From NCBI GenBank assembly GCA_963843555.1, contig CAWJKV010000018.1, forward strand, positions 1-64,000: a stretch of 64,000 nt of DNA, read 5' to 3'. The notes under the pieces are model-generated. The model ran no database searches and was not told the origin of the DNA. It was given only the letters and a program-made list of their open reading frames with translations. The translations under genes and the position numbers were made by a program. Below are positions 30,857-40,892 of this stretch, in pieces (positions within the stretch are counted from its first letter, which is position 1; the number at the start of each line of letters is the position of its first letter). Source of the stretch: an uncultured Methanosarcinales archaeon (GTDB taxonomy: Archaea > Halobacteriota > Methanosarcinia > Methanotrichales > Methanotrichaceae).

Positions 30857-32260
30857 ATGGTTAACATGGCAACACCATTCGCCAAAAGAAATATCCTGAT
30901 GATCTCTGCAGGCGGCTCCTTCCTGGCTCCTTTTATGGTTTCAGCCCTGATCGTGGCCATTCCCACCATCGGCGTTGAATTCTCCATGGATGCGGTCGCC
31001 ATGAGCTGGCTGGCCACGGTCTTTTTTCTGGCAGCATCCATGTTCCTCATTCCTTTCGGGAGATTGGCCGACATCTTTGGCGTTAAGAAGATCTTTTCCA
31101 TCGGCATTGTCATCTGCTTTGTCTCTGCCTCTCTGGCAGCACTGGCACCCAGCGCCCCGGTTCTGATCGCGGCTCGTTTCCTGACGGGAGTTGGCGCTGC
31201 CATGATCTTTGGAACCTCTTTTGCTCTGCTTAGCCTATCGCTTTCGGAGAGCGAGAGGGGAGAGGCACTGGGCATAAACATCGCCTCTAACCTCACTGGA
31301 TTTGCCCTGGGATTTTTCCTGGGAGGGCTTCTGACCAACTACTCGAGCTGGAGGTTCATTTTCGTCATAACTCTTCCCATAAGCACCCTGGTGATGGCAT
31401 TAATTCGACTGAGGCTTCCGGGCGAGTGCGCATTTTCCAAAGGACAGAAGTTCGATGTGATTGGGTCCGCCATGATTGTAGCCCTTTTGTTTCTGGTTAT
31501 TCTGGGGCTATCCGAACTTCCCTCGATTTCGGGAGGCGCCCTCATCTTATGTGGGATAGCGGTGTTTTTGCTGTACAGTTGGCATCAATCCAGTAATAGC
31601 AGTCCAGTGATAGATCTTGCTCTCTTTCGCAACCGTTGTTTCTCATTTTCCAATGCTGCCATATTGATCTACACCACATCCAACCTGGCGGTCATCTTCC
31701 TCTTCAGTTTTTATCTGCAGTATATTAGAGGATTCGATAGCAATCAGTCGGGTCTGATCTTGATGGCATCTACCCTGATAATGGCCATGCTCGTGATTTA
31801 CGCCGGTCGTCTATCGGACCGCATGAATCTTTACCGCCTGGCCTCAATAGGGGTGATTGTATCCCTGGCAGGCCTTTTGCCCATGATCTTCATCTCACCA
31901 GACACGCCTCTCTCCCTGGCTTTCCTGGAGCTAACTCTGGTTTCGGCGGGTGCAGCGCTCTTTTATCCTCCCATGGTAAAGATAATTCTGGGCTCCATAC
32001 ACCGGGATAAGTACGGTGTGGGCTCCAGCCTGGCAGAGACCATGCGTCTTGTAGGAAATGCTGCCAGCATGGCCCTCGTTACGGTTGGTTTCACCTTTTA
32101 TCTGGGGGGATCGGTCATCTTGCCTGAAAATTACCCGGCTTTTCTGCAGAGCATGAGGTTGATACTGGCTGCCTTTTCGGTTCTTTGTATGGCCAGTTTG
32201 CTCCTGATTCAGCTGGCTTCACACACAAGCCGCAAAAAAAAGATGACGGACGAAAGCTGA
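30857..32260 (+). CDS. MFS transporter (14-TM EmrB/QacA-like)
   Basis: GRLADIFGVK, ARFLTGVG, SWRFIF and GRLSDR. Confidence 0.9.
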   Translation: MVNMATPFAKRNILMISAGGSFLAPFMVSALIVAIPTIGVEFSMDAVAMSWLATVFFLAASMFLIPFGRLADIFGVKKIFSIGIVICFVSASLAALAPSAPVLIAARFLTGVGAAMIFGTSFALLSLSLSESERGEALGINIASNLTGFALGFFLGGLLTNYSSWRFIFVITLPISTLVMALIRLRLPGECAFSKGQKFDVIGSAMIVALLFLVILGLSELPSISGGALILCGIAVFLLYSWHQSSNSSPVIDLALFRNRCFSFSNAAILIYTTSNLAVIFLFSFYLQYIRGFDSNQSGLILMASTLIMAMLVIYAGRLSDRMNLYRLASIGVIVSLAGLLPMIFISPDTPLSLAFLELTLVSAGAALFYPPMVKIILGSIHRDKYGVGSSLAETMRLVGNAASMALVTVGFTFYLGGSVILPENYPAFLQSMRLILAAFSVLCMASLLLIQLASHTSRKKKMTDES

Positions 32261-32371
32261 GGATCTCAACCTGATGAAATCCGGCGTTGAAATCATGATC
32301 GGATTCTCAAATTCCGTCAAAATGCTTAAGTTGGTTGGAGTCAATAGAGTCAAGCTGATCAGGATCAATCT

Positions 32372-33970
32372 ATGAACGATAAATATCCCGGCTGTGATGT
32401 CCTTCTTACGGGCTATGAAGATCATGAAAACCTGGGGCTGCGCTACATCGCCGCGTACCTCAGGGCGCATGGCATCAGAGCAGGGATGGAGCCCATGACC
32501 AGGTCCTCGAACGACGACCTGATGGAGAGGATAAAAAGGGACAGTCCAAAGATAGTAGGGTTTTCCCTCATATTCCAGGGGATGTTCACCCAGTTCAAAG
32601 ACCTCATCGGGCGGTTAAGAGATGAGGGCATTCGAGCCCACTTCACAATGGGAGGCCACTTCCCGACGCTGGACTACGAGAGAACTCTCGTACTGATGCC
32701 TGGACTCGACACAGTTGTGCGTCATGAGGGCGAGGAGACGCTCCTCGAGCTTTACGAGAAGATCGACCGACCGGACCTCTGGCCGCAGATAAAAGGGCTG
32801 GCATGGAGGCGTGGTGGAAAGATAGAGGCATCAGAGCCACGACCACTCATAGAGAACCTGGATCTGTTGCCTTTTCCGGTTAGAGATGCCGAGATGAAAA
32901 CTCATATAGGAATGCCTGCAGCATCTATCCTATCGAGCCGGGGATGCAATTTTGACTGCAGCTTCTGCAGCATCCGCAGGTTCTATGGAAGCGCACCTGG
33001 CCCTCTCCGGCGCTCCCGATCTGCCAAGAACGTGGCAGACGAGATGGAGACCCTCTACGAAAATGGGGCCCGCATCTTCGACTTCAAGGATGACGACTTC
33101 GCTATGAAGGGCCGGTCGAGGAGCCGATGGATAGAGGACCTTGCGGGGGAGCTGGAGAGAAGGTCCCTTTCTGATGACATAATCCTGAAGGTAAGCTGCC
33201 GGATAGATGAGATCGAGAGCGAAGCGCTGCAGAGAATGAAAGAGATAGGCCTTGGTATGGTCTACCTGGGTATAGAGTCAGGCTCGGAGGGTGGTCTGAA
33301 GAGCTTTAACAAGCATTACGGCGTCGGCGAGATCCGCGAGACACTGCAGATCCTCCAGGCTATCCAGATGGGTTTTGAGTACGGCTTCATGATCATCGAG
33401 CCCTCTTCGAGCTTTGATTCCATCAGGGAGAACATCTCTTTTCTCCAGGAGCTGTGCAGGGGCGGTAGGGTCGTCGCCCATTTCGCCAGGACCTATCCCT
33501 ATGTCGGGACGGCTGTGGCTGCACGCCTCAAAGCGGAGGGAAGGCTTAAGGGAACTATAGACTACCCCGACTACAGCTACCTCGACGGCAGGATCGACCT
33601 CTTCGAGAGGTTCTTGAATAGGGCCTTTGGCCGATTTCTCTTCGAGACGCAAGGGCTCGTGAACCAGATACAAAACTCCTTCTGGAATGCTCTGCTCCTG
33701 CAGAGATTCGGCAGAGATTCCTACGATGTGGAGGGCTACACGAAGTACCTGATGATGCTCACGGAGAGGTGCAACAATTCTACACTGCTGGCTCTCTCGA
33801 GGGCAGTGGGCTACATGGAGGAGAGAAGCGAGGTCGAGATCCTGCGAGACTGGAAGGAGATGGAACTTGTCATCCAGGAAGTGCTGTTGGCCCAGTCCGG
33901 AATTGAGAAGCAACTGGACGTTCTGAACAGCACATATCACACCATGCCGGAGTTCTGGAAAGGGGTATAG
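32372..33970 (+). CDS. Cobalamin-binding radical SAM enzyme 1
   Basis: B12 domain ENLGLRYIAAYL...MGGHFPT; SSRGCNFDCSFC cluster motif; DDDF and GIESG. Confidence 0.9.
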   Translation: MNDKYPGCDVLLTGYEDHENLGLRYIAAYLRAHGIRAGMEPMTRSSNDDLMERIKRDSPKIVGFSLIFQGMFTQFKDLIGRLRDEGIRAHFTMGGHFPTLDYERTLVLMPGLDTVVRHEGEETLLELYEKIDRPDLWPQIKGLAWRRGGKIEASEPRPLIENLDLLPFPVRDAEMKTHIGMPAASILSSRGCNFDCSFCSIRRFYGSAPGPLRRSRSAKNVADEMETLYENGARIFDFKDDDFAMKGRSRSRWIEDLAGELERRSLSDDIILKVSCRIDEIESEALQRMKEIGLGMVYLGIESGSEGGLKSFNKHYGVGEIRETLQILQAIQMGFEYGFMIIEPSSSFDSIRENISFLQELCRGGRVVAHFARTYPYVGTAVAARLKAEGRLKGTIDYPDYSYLDGRIDLFERFLNRAFGRFLFETQGLVNQIQNSFWNALLLQRFGRDSYDVEGYTKYLMMLTERCNNSTLLALSRAVGYMEERSEVEILRDWKEMELVIQEVLLAQSGIEKQLDVLNSTYHTMPEFWKGV

Positions 33971-33981
33971 AGATCTAGATT

Positions 33982-35335
33982 TTAAGGTCCTGGGATCTGA
34001 GGTTTAAGAGTCCAGGTCGGACAGCCTTCGATTACTACCTTTGGAGGAACGACCCTGAACAGCTCGCCTGTCTTCTGGCTGAGGGAGTAGAACCTGTAGA
34101 GCATCTCGACCTGAGCCTGGACGATATCTGTAAATGGTATGCCCACCCCATCCGGGAAGTAGTCTGCTCTCTTCTCATACAGCTCCGTTCCTGGCAGAAT
34201 GTCCAGGACATTGGGAAGCACTCTCGCCGAGGGCCTGGCCTCGTCTATGAACTGGAGGATCTGCCCGAGGGATTCGACAGTCTCACCCGGAAGCCCGAGG
34301 ATGAAGGAGCAGTGGGTCTTTATCCCCATCTCCTCGACCATGCGCACGATCTGCTTTGCCTGTTCTATGGAGAAGTCCTTTCGAATAGTGTCGAGGACCT
34401 TCTGGGAGGCGGATTCTATCCCGAAGAAGATCTCCTCGCACCCGGCATCCTTCATCGTCCCGACGAGGTCTTTGGAGAGGAGGTCTATTCTCGTGCTGCA
34501 CCCCCACTTAACGGGCACCTGCCTTCTCTTCATCTCGCTGCAGAGCCCCTCGACGCGATCCTTGCGCATGGTGAAGTTGTCATCCACGAAGGAGACGTTG
34601 TTTATCTTATACTTCTCCACGAGGTATTCAATCTCGTCCACGACCCTTGAGTTATCTCTGACCCGGTACTTCCTGCCGTGCAGGGATGCAGTCGAGCAGA
34701 AGATGCAGTTGAAGGGACAGCCCCTGGTGGTGATGACGGGCATGCACCTCACAGCGCCATTGCCGATGTAGGCCTCGGGCGTTGGATCGAGAAGGTGGTA
34801 CGCAGGAAAGGGGAGGCTGTCCAGATCTTCCATCCTCTCCCGCAGAGGCGTCGATACTATCCGGCTGCCGTCTCTGTAGGATATGCCGAGCACGTCTGTG
34901 GGAGTCCGGCCGCCTTCGAGGCTTTCTGCAATCTCAGTGAGGGCGTGCTCACCTTCATACCGGACAACAATATCGACTTCCGGCACTGATTTGAGGATCT
35001 CCTCGTGGGTGAATGTGGCATGCACGCCGCCCATGACGATTTTTATGCCGGGATCGTATGACTTTACTGCCTTCGCCACATCGACTGCATTTTTGTAGTT
35101 GGAAGAAAAGGATGTGATGCCGACGATATCCGGTTGGAACTGGGCAAGCCTCTTATTGAGGTCTCCGGGATGAAGGTTGAGCATGTCCATGTCCAGGATC
35201 CGGGCTAGAGAAGCCAGCCTCATCGAGGTATGCCGCAATGTAGCCCAGTCCTAAAGGAATACTTGCGATCTTCATGTAGCCTAAAGGTATCCTGCCGCCG
35301 GTCCAGTAATGTGGGTTGATGAGGAGGATCTTCAA
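33982..35335 (-). CDS. Cobalamin-binding radical SAM enzyme 2 (frameshift near 35205)
   Basis: MKILLINP..PLGLGYIAAYL in one frame, then MGGVHAT, TTRGCPFNCIFC, DDNF and GIESA in the next. Confidence 0.9.
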
Positions 35336-35339
35336 AAAA

Positions 35340-35813
35340 TCACCCGGTTATATCCACGAGGTCGAGCTCCTCCAGGAGGAGAAGAAAGGAGAAGAGATCC
35401 CTTGTGAGAACGCTGCTCTGGACATTCGGCCAGAGGGTCTCAAGATCCGAGATGATGGTGCTTACACTCTTCTCGCCATCGCAGAGCCTGCAGACCTCGG
35501 ATCCCGTGCTGTTGATGAAGAAAGGAATGTAGGTGTCCGGGTGTATGCCCACGACCTGGCTGCCGCCGTCGATCCAGTACTTTCCGTGCCTTCTCACAGG
35601 ATGCTTGCCTGCGAACTCATCAAATCTGATGGTGATCCCCACACCGTCATCGGGGAAAGAGACCTGACAGTCGATCATCTTCTCCTGAGCAAGGACCTCG
35701 CCAATTCTCACCGCAAGCTCAGTCTTGATGTCTCCGGCATTCTTCGATCTTAAGGGAAAGATGGTTGCCACTGCAGGAGGGTCGTACTCAACGTCTGGGA
35801 GCACTCTTTTCAC
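35340..35813 (-). CDS. PqqD-family/RRE domain protein with N-terminal extension
   Basis: C-terminal FINSTGSEVCRLCDGEKSVSTIISDL...DLFSFLLLLEELDLV matches the PqqD/RRE LNxTxxxxWxxxDG..three-helix pattern. Confidence 0.75.
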   Translation of the reverse strand: MKRVLPDVEYDPPAVATIFPLRSKNAGDIKTELAVRIGEVLAQEKMIDCQVSFPDDGVGITIRFDEFAGKHPVRRHGKYWIDGGSQVVGIHPDTYIPFFINSTGSEVCRLCDGEKSVSTIISDLETLWPNVQSSVLTRDLFSFLLLLEELDLVDITG

Positions 35814-35829
35814 TCCGCCGCTCTACTGC

Positions 35830-36222
35830 TCAGAAGGTCGTTTCGCGGAAGCAAGGCGCCGGGTCTACGATCACCGTCGTCCAGGGCTTTATTCTGATGG
35901 GTGCAATGATCGGGTTGATGACGATGCTCGACCACTGCGGGTAGTATCTGTCTATATCCTCGGCCGGGATATTCTTCAGGCTCTCTGTGACGAGGGCCGT
36001 GACCTTCTCCTTCAAGTCTATGGCTGCGTTCAGCCTTTCTTCAGGGTCGCTGTTTGCGGCCTTGACGTAAAGCTTTGCAACTTTCTGCATGAGCTCTTTG
36101 TTATCGGCCATCATGTTCATGATAGCTGACATCGTCTTGAGCTGGCGGACCTGCTCGCTTGTGACCTTGAAGTCGGGCAGCTTTCGCGCCGCCATCTTTT
36201 CAGGGGCATCTTCTTTTGGCAT
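35830..36222 (-). CDS. Putative RiPP precursor peptide (long helical leader plus Ile/Val/Pro-rich core)
   Basis: First gene of the operon, with a charged helical N-terminus; the tail carries WSSIVINP and WTTVIVDP. Confidence 0.6.
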   Translation of the reverse strand: MPKEDAPEKMAARKLPDFKVTSEQVRQLKTMSAIMNMMADNKELMQKVAKLYVKAANSDPEERLNAAIDLKEKVTALVTESLKNIPAEDIDRYYPQWSSIVINPIIAPIRIKPWTTVIVDPAPCFRETTF

Positions 36223-36244
36223 AGAAGTATAATAGGCGGCGATA

Positions 36245-36298
36245 ACTTAAATTGTTTCTTGTATTTGAAATATGTATTTGAAATACGTAATTGAGATT
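36245..36298 (-). promoter_or_regulatory. Archaeal BRE/TATA-like promoter with upstream 13-bp tandem repeats
   Basis: Minus strand GAAACAA-TTTAAGT about 25 nt from the ATG; TGTATTTGAAATA twice (36260-36285) plus a degenerate third copy. Confidence 0.55.
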
Positions 36299-36333
36299 AG
36301 GTCGTGTGTGTAATGGTTTCCAATTAGCCTCGA

Positions 36334-36696
36334 TCACAAGAAAGTTATCTCAACAGGATCGCCTTCTTTCAGACCCAAAGCCCGGCGAAGTTGCACGGGC
36401 GCTATGACCTCCACCAAATCCGCTGGATAGCGGCTCCGCTCGGGCCGGACCACGGCGGCCTCGATGCCGTTCAGTCTGATGCGATAGCATTTGCACTCGC
36501 CAAAGCTCCGGCCCTCTTCCTGGAAGCCCTCGATCCGAATCGCCTGCAGCTCCGCCGGGAAAGGCTCCTCCAGCAGCACGTTCAGGGTGCCTGGGAAGGG
36601 GACAAAGCCCAGGTGCTGCAAGAACTGGCGGCTGTAGCCCTCACGGGATATGAAGTACTGGCCCTGACCCAGGCCCGCTGCAATTTTTCCGCGCAT
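36334..36696 (-). CDS. ribK: CTP-dependent riboflavin kinase
   Basis: GLGQGQYFI, PFPGTLN and EVIAPVQLR. Confidence 0.85.
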   Translation of the reverse strand: MRGKIAAGLGQGQYFISREGYSRQFLQHLGFVPFPGTLNVLLEEPFPAELQAIRIEGFQEEGRSFGECKCYRIRLNGIEAAVVRPERSRYPADLVEVIAPVQLRRALGLKEGDPVEITFL

Positions 36697-36715
36697 GATA
36701 TCATATCATTCAGCA

Positions 36716-36940
36716 TTAGATGAGATCTTGTAGTTCATCTCGACTTATATCCGCTTCTTTAAGAATTTTGCATAAGAGTTTTTTAGGTATATCATAACCG
36801 TGAAATGGAACTACCGTTACTAATTCTTTCTTATTATTATAGTATGTGTGATGGCTTCCAAGAATTCTTATTAAAGCAAATCCATCCTTTTCCAGGGCCT
36901 TTGCAAGTTCCTGAGGGGAGACGGATGGCAACTTAGGCAT
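36716..36940 (-). CDS. hicA: HicA family toxin
   Basis: LEKDGF..GSH..VVPFH..ILKEA. Confidence 0.85.
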   Translation of the reverse strand: MPKLPSVSPQELAKALEKDGFALIRILGSHHTYYNNKKELVTVVPFHGYDIPKKLLCKILKEADISRDELQDLI

Positions 36941-37166
36941 GAGCTTCAACTACTACTGTGTATTCGAATGTTCCTTCTTCCGTTGGAATTTCTTTTCCCA
37001 GGTCATGCAAGGTTTCAATATATACTTCTATGGCCTCTTTTGCCATCTCTACGGCTTCTTCCACAGTTTTTCCGAAGGTATTGCATCCTGGAAGGGTAGG
37101 TACCGAAGCGATATAAACACCTTCTTCCGGATCTTTTTTTATTATTACACGGTATTTCAGGGACAT
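36933..37166 (-). CDS. hicB: HicB family antitoxin (short, no DNA-binding domain)
   Basis: VPTLPGCNTFGKTVEEAVEMAKEAI..IP. Confidence 0.85.
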   Translation of the reverse strand: MSLKYRVIIKKDPEEGVYIASVPTLPGCNTFGKTVEEAVEMAKEAIEVYIETLHDLGKEIPTEEGTFEYTVVVEAHA

Positions 37167-37206
37167 AATCAATCCATCTATTGATCGATCTTGTATATCT
37201 ACATCT

Positions 37207-37470
37207 CTAATGTGGTGTTGGAAATGGCCATCATCGGCAGCACAACATCCAGCATCTTAAGATCCTTTCTTCGCATCATCTGCTGTGTAGTCCAGAGGGA
37301 CACACTTTCGCTGAGTAGCATCAGCATCTCTCATTTGCTCTTGACCCCGGCTAGCTCTGCTGCCTTGCCCAGGGAGAGCCTGCCTTCACGGTAGAGCTCC
37401 ACTGCCAGAGAGCGCTTTATGAAAGGGCCTAGCTGGTCTTTAATGAGAGCCAGAATTGAGCCCAGAAGAT
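37207..37470 (-). pseudogene. UPF0175 antitoxin pseudogene plus 5' stub of a DUF3368-like PIN gene
   Basis: LAVELYREGRLSLGKAAELAGVKSK*EMLMLL, frameshift, PLDYTADDAKK; then MMAISNTT from 37234. Confidence 0.65.
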
Positions 37471-37641
37471 CCACAACAGCGCGAACCGTTTTCATCACCA
37501 GATGATAGTTTGGGAGTCAAACTTCTGACCACGTCATGTTTATCATCAGTATAGATCATAGATTCTATTGTCTGTAATTGTATGACGCAAAAATGGAGGT
37601 AGTCACACATCCTCGCGAAAATTCGTGCCATTCTCGATCTT

Positions 37642-38454
37642 GTGAGAATAGATCTCGTATTCGGCGCTGGGATATTTGTCGTGGCCGGCGAGATTTTGGG
37701 TCTTGGTGGATTGCCCCCTTTGAACAAGGCGTTTTTAGGATTTCTGACCGGATTCTTCATCTCCGGTTCTGCAAATATTTCCAATGATTATTTTGACCGG
37801 GCCGTAGACCGGATCAATCAGCCAAAACGACCCCTTCCCTCTGGCCGGATTTCTGTTGCTGAACTGTGGACCCTGTTTCTCTTTTTCACTGCCGCGGGTC
37901 TGGCAACCGCAACCCTCCTCGGATCGCCCGTGCTGGTTTTGTCAACAGCAGCCTGGGGGATCGCTCTTCTCTACAATATAAAATTTAAGGAGATGGGCCT
38001 CTTCGGGAACCTGACCGTAGCCTTTTGCGTTGCAATGACGGTTATCATCGGTGGAGTGACCGTGGGGGTGATAAACGGGATTGTGTTGACGTTTGCTGCT
38101 TTGGCATTCCTTTTCGATCTTGGCGAGGAGATCGCAGCGGATGCGATGGACGTCATTGGCGATGAGTTGCGATCATCAAAAAGCATCGCAAAGAGAAAGG
38201 ACAGAACATATGCTCTCAGGCTGTCTGGTGTGATATTCATTATTTTTATCATATTGTCCTTTCTTCCGTTCCTGATGGGTTGGCTTGGATACTTCTATCT
38301 GCTGCTCGTTGTAGCAACTGATCTATGCATATCGTATTTTTCCTCCCGGCTTATTCTGAGCAATACGATAGAAGAAGGGCGGATTCAGATTCGCAGGCTG
38401 TACTTGACCTGGGGCATGTTTGTTACTGTATTCATATTTACCAACCTCATTTGA
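37642..38454 (+). CDS. UbiA family prenyltransferase (DGGGP synthase-like); start uncertain
   Basis: NDYFDRAVDRINQPKRPLPSG and EIAADAMDVIGD. Confidence 0.85.
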   Translation: MRIDLVFGAGIFVVAGEILGLGGLPPLNKAFLGFLTGFFISGSANISNDYFDRAVDRINQPKRPLPSGRISVAELWTLFLFFTAAGLATATLLGSPVLVLSTAAWGIALLYNIKFKEMGLFGNLTVAFCVAMTVIIGGVTVGVINGIVLTFAALAFLFDLGEEIAADAMDVIGDELRSSKSIAKRKDRTYALRLSGVIFIIFIILSFLPFLMGWLGYFYLLLVVATDLCISYFSSRLILSNTIEEGRIQIRRLYLTWGMFVTVFIFTNLI

Positions 38455-38490
38455 CAGGCAATCTGTATAGTTTGCAGATAATTGGGCAAA

Positions 38491-38600
38491 GCTTCAGCTC
38501 TTTGATGATCTTGCGTGCTTTATTGGACTACTTAGGGTGTTATGATCGGTTATAGAGAGGCCCGCGAGGCCCGGCGGGCGGCAGCCTTGAGGATCGTCTT
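38491..38600. repeat. Diverged ~110-bp copy of the 5' part of the PHP gene (39440-39551)
   Basis: Shared blocks GCTTCAGCTCTTTGATGA, ATGATCGGTTATAGAGAGGCC and GCGGCAGCCTTGAGGATCGTCTT. Confidence 0.85.
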
Positions 38601-38939
38601 GCTCCATCATAATCCCTGGATCAGGACCAAATGGAGATTGCCTTAAATACTGCTCAACTATCTGTCCACTATCAGAGGTTCGGTCCCATCCGATTGATAA
38701 ACGAGGCGTTAGAATGAAGATCAAATCCTCTTTGTGGCGATTTCGATATCCTGGAATGGATTGTGCAGTTGATCTGAGATTTGCGTGGGCCGCTTCGGAA
38801 AAAGAGGCGAGGTCCGCGCTCACGAAAAAATTAAAAATCAGGAAATTGCCAGAAGGAACCGAGCTCTGGCCTGAGGACGGTAATTAATTACCTTTCTAAC
38901 GCCCTTGCTTTTTGTGAGCCTTTGCCTAATCCCTGCGGG

Positions 38940-39605
38940 CTACACTATCCGCCTTCCCCGCACACCCTTCCTCACAATCATGTAGATCGATTGAAAAGTA
39001 TTCCCAATGAAGAACCGCGGCGACGTCCTCTTGCCTATTATCCTGGTCTGCCCGGCACGGATGGCCTCTATCGCCTCCTCTGCATCCGAGGCATCAATAT
39101 CCGTGACGCCCAGGCCAACTGTCGCAGCAAAGTGCGAGTCGCTTCCTGCCACCGTAGGAAGACCGCGCCTCCGCGCCTCTCTGCGGGCCCGGGCATTGGC
39201 AATGCCGAAGAGGTGCTTGGAGTTGTATACCTCCACCGCATCGCAGTCCGGCACCCGCCCGATGGCGTGCCGGAAGGGATGATAAGGATGGGGAACAATG
39301 GTGATGCCTCCCTGCTCGTGCACCAGATCGGTCGTCTCCTCAGGGCTGAGCCCTCGGGGCGGGATCTCCTTTACACCCAGAACCAGCAGATGGCCTTCGG
39401 CAGTCGTGACCTCCGCACCGGGAATGAGGATCAGGTCGAGCTTCAGCTCTTTGATGACCTTGCGGGCTTTATCAGACCCCCTCAGGGTGTCATGATCGGT
39501 TATAGAGAGGCCGGCGAGCTTGCGCCGCGCGGCAGCCTTGAGGATCGTCTTTACCTCATCGCGGCCATCAGAACAGTTGGAATGAATATGCAGATCAAAT
39601 TTCAT
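38940..39605 (-). CDS. PHP domain phosphoesterase
   Basis: DLHIHS..SDG, ITDHD, HPY and GSDSH. Confidence 0.9.
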   Translation of the reverse strand: MKFDLHIHSNCSDGRDEVKTILKAAARRKLAGLSITDHDTLRGSDKARKVIKELKLDLILIPGAEVTTAEGHLLVLGVKEIPPRGLSPEETTDLVHEQGGITIVPHPYHPFRHAIGRVPDCDAVEVYNSKHLFGIANARARREARRRGLPTVAGSDSHFAATVGLGVTDIDASDAEEAIEAIRAGQTRIIGKRTSPRFFIGNTFQSIYMIVRKGVRGRRIV

Positions 39606-39607
39606 TT

Positions 39608-40849
39608 TCAAACTCCTGGCACAGCCAGGCAACCCTGCAGAGCCGACGCAGCGGCGGTGGCCGGGCTCGCCAGATAAACCAGTCCGCCTTTGCCCATCCT
39701 TCCCGGGAAGTTCCGATTAGAGGTAGAGACGCAGACCTCCCCCTCACTCAAAACACCCATATGCGCTCCCAGACACGGCCCGCATCCCGGAGGACCGACC
39801 ATAGCCCCTGCTTCCACCAGCGTCTGGATGATTCCGCATTGCAAGGCCTCCAGCAGAACCTCTCGCGAGGCGGGAATGACCAGGGTTCTGGCTTTGACCT
39901 GTTTTCCCTTCAGGACCCTGGCCGCCACCTCCAGGTCTTCCAATCTCCCGTTGGTGCAGGTGCCGATGAATACCTGGTCGACTTCAAGGCCCGCCAGCTC
40001 TGAAACGGGCCGAACATTGTCCACCCGAAAGGGCACCGCCACCTGGGGCTCAAGATCGGTTATGTCATAATCGTATTCATAATCGTATGAACCAGGATCG
40101 GAGTGCACGGGCGTATAAGGCTGGCGCGCCCGGCCCGCGAGCCACTCTTCAGTCTTCTCGTCGGGCGGAACCATTGTTGCCTTGGCCCCCATCTCCACGC
40201 CCAGATTGCAGAGCGTCATCCTTCCCGAAATGCTCAGGGCCTCGACTGCAGGGCCGAGATACTCCACGGCTTTGTAGGTCGCCCCGTCTGCGCCCAGATC
40301 TCCAATCACCATGAGAGCTATATCCTTAGCAGAGACAAATGGCGCAAGCCGTCCGGCTACTCGCACGGCTATCGTCTCCGGCACCTTGAACCAGAGCCGG
40401 CCGCACGAATAGATCTCGGCCATATCCGTTGCCCCCACTCCCGTGCCGAAAGCCCCAAAGGCGCCATAGGTGCAGGAATGCGAATCGGCACCAACTACCA
40501 GCAAGCCCGGCAGTGCAAATCCCTGCTCCGGGAAGACCTGATGACATACCCCCCAGCCACAGTCGAAGAAGTTCGAGATCTTCTGCTCCTTTGCCCAGGC
40601 TCGCACCTCTTCTTGCAACTCAGCTGTGGTCTCATTGTTGGCGGGAACAATGTGGTCGAAGGGTACCACCAACCTTTCCGGGTCCCAAACCTCGACCGAT
40701 CCCATCTCCCGGAAGGCTTTGATGGCCAGTACTGAAGTCCCATCATGGGACATGGCATAATCTACGCCTGCCTCAACGATCTCCCCCGGCTCCACCATCC
40801 TGGCAGAGCCGGAGGCCCGCGAAAAAATTTTCTGGCTTATTGTCGCCAC
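39608..40849 (-). CDS. 3-isopropylmalate dehydratase/homoaconitase large subunit family
   Basis: [32 protein letters not shown] and [12 protein letters not shown]. Confidence 0.9.
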   Translation of the reverse strand: MATISQKIFSRASGSARMVEPGEIVEAGVDYAMSHDGTSVLAIKAFREMGSVEVWDPERLVVPFDHIVPANNETTAELQEEVRAWAKEQKISNFFDCGWGVCHQVFPEQGFALPGLLVVGADSHSCTYGAFGAFGTGVGATDMAEIYSCGRLWFKVPETIAVRVAGRLAPFVSAKDIALMVIGDLGADGATYKAVEYLGPAVEALSISGRMTLCNLGVEMGAKATMVPPDEKTEEWLAGRARQPYTPVHSDPGSYDYEYDYDITDLEPQVAVPFRVDNVRPVSELAGLEVDQVFIGTCTNGRLEDLEVAARVLKGKQVKARTLVIPASREVLLEALQCGIIQTLVEAGAMVGPPGCGPCLGAHMGVLSEGEVCVSTSNRNFPGRMGKGGLVYLASPATAAASALQGCLAVPGV

Positions 40850-40892
40850 ATTCGTCAGCCTCAGCGATATCACGAAATGGCGATTCTCTCTC

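Noticed and set aside
35340..35813. PQQ biosynthesis locus
   Set aside because: No pqqA/B/C/E, and the linked rSAMs are B12-type rather than SPASM-type.
38491..39551. Diversity-generating retroelement template/variable repeat pair
   Set aside because: Mismatches are not confined to adenines and no reverse transcriptase is present.
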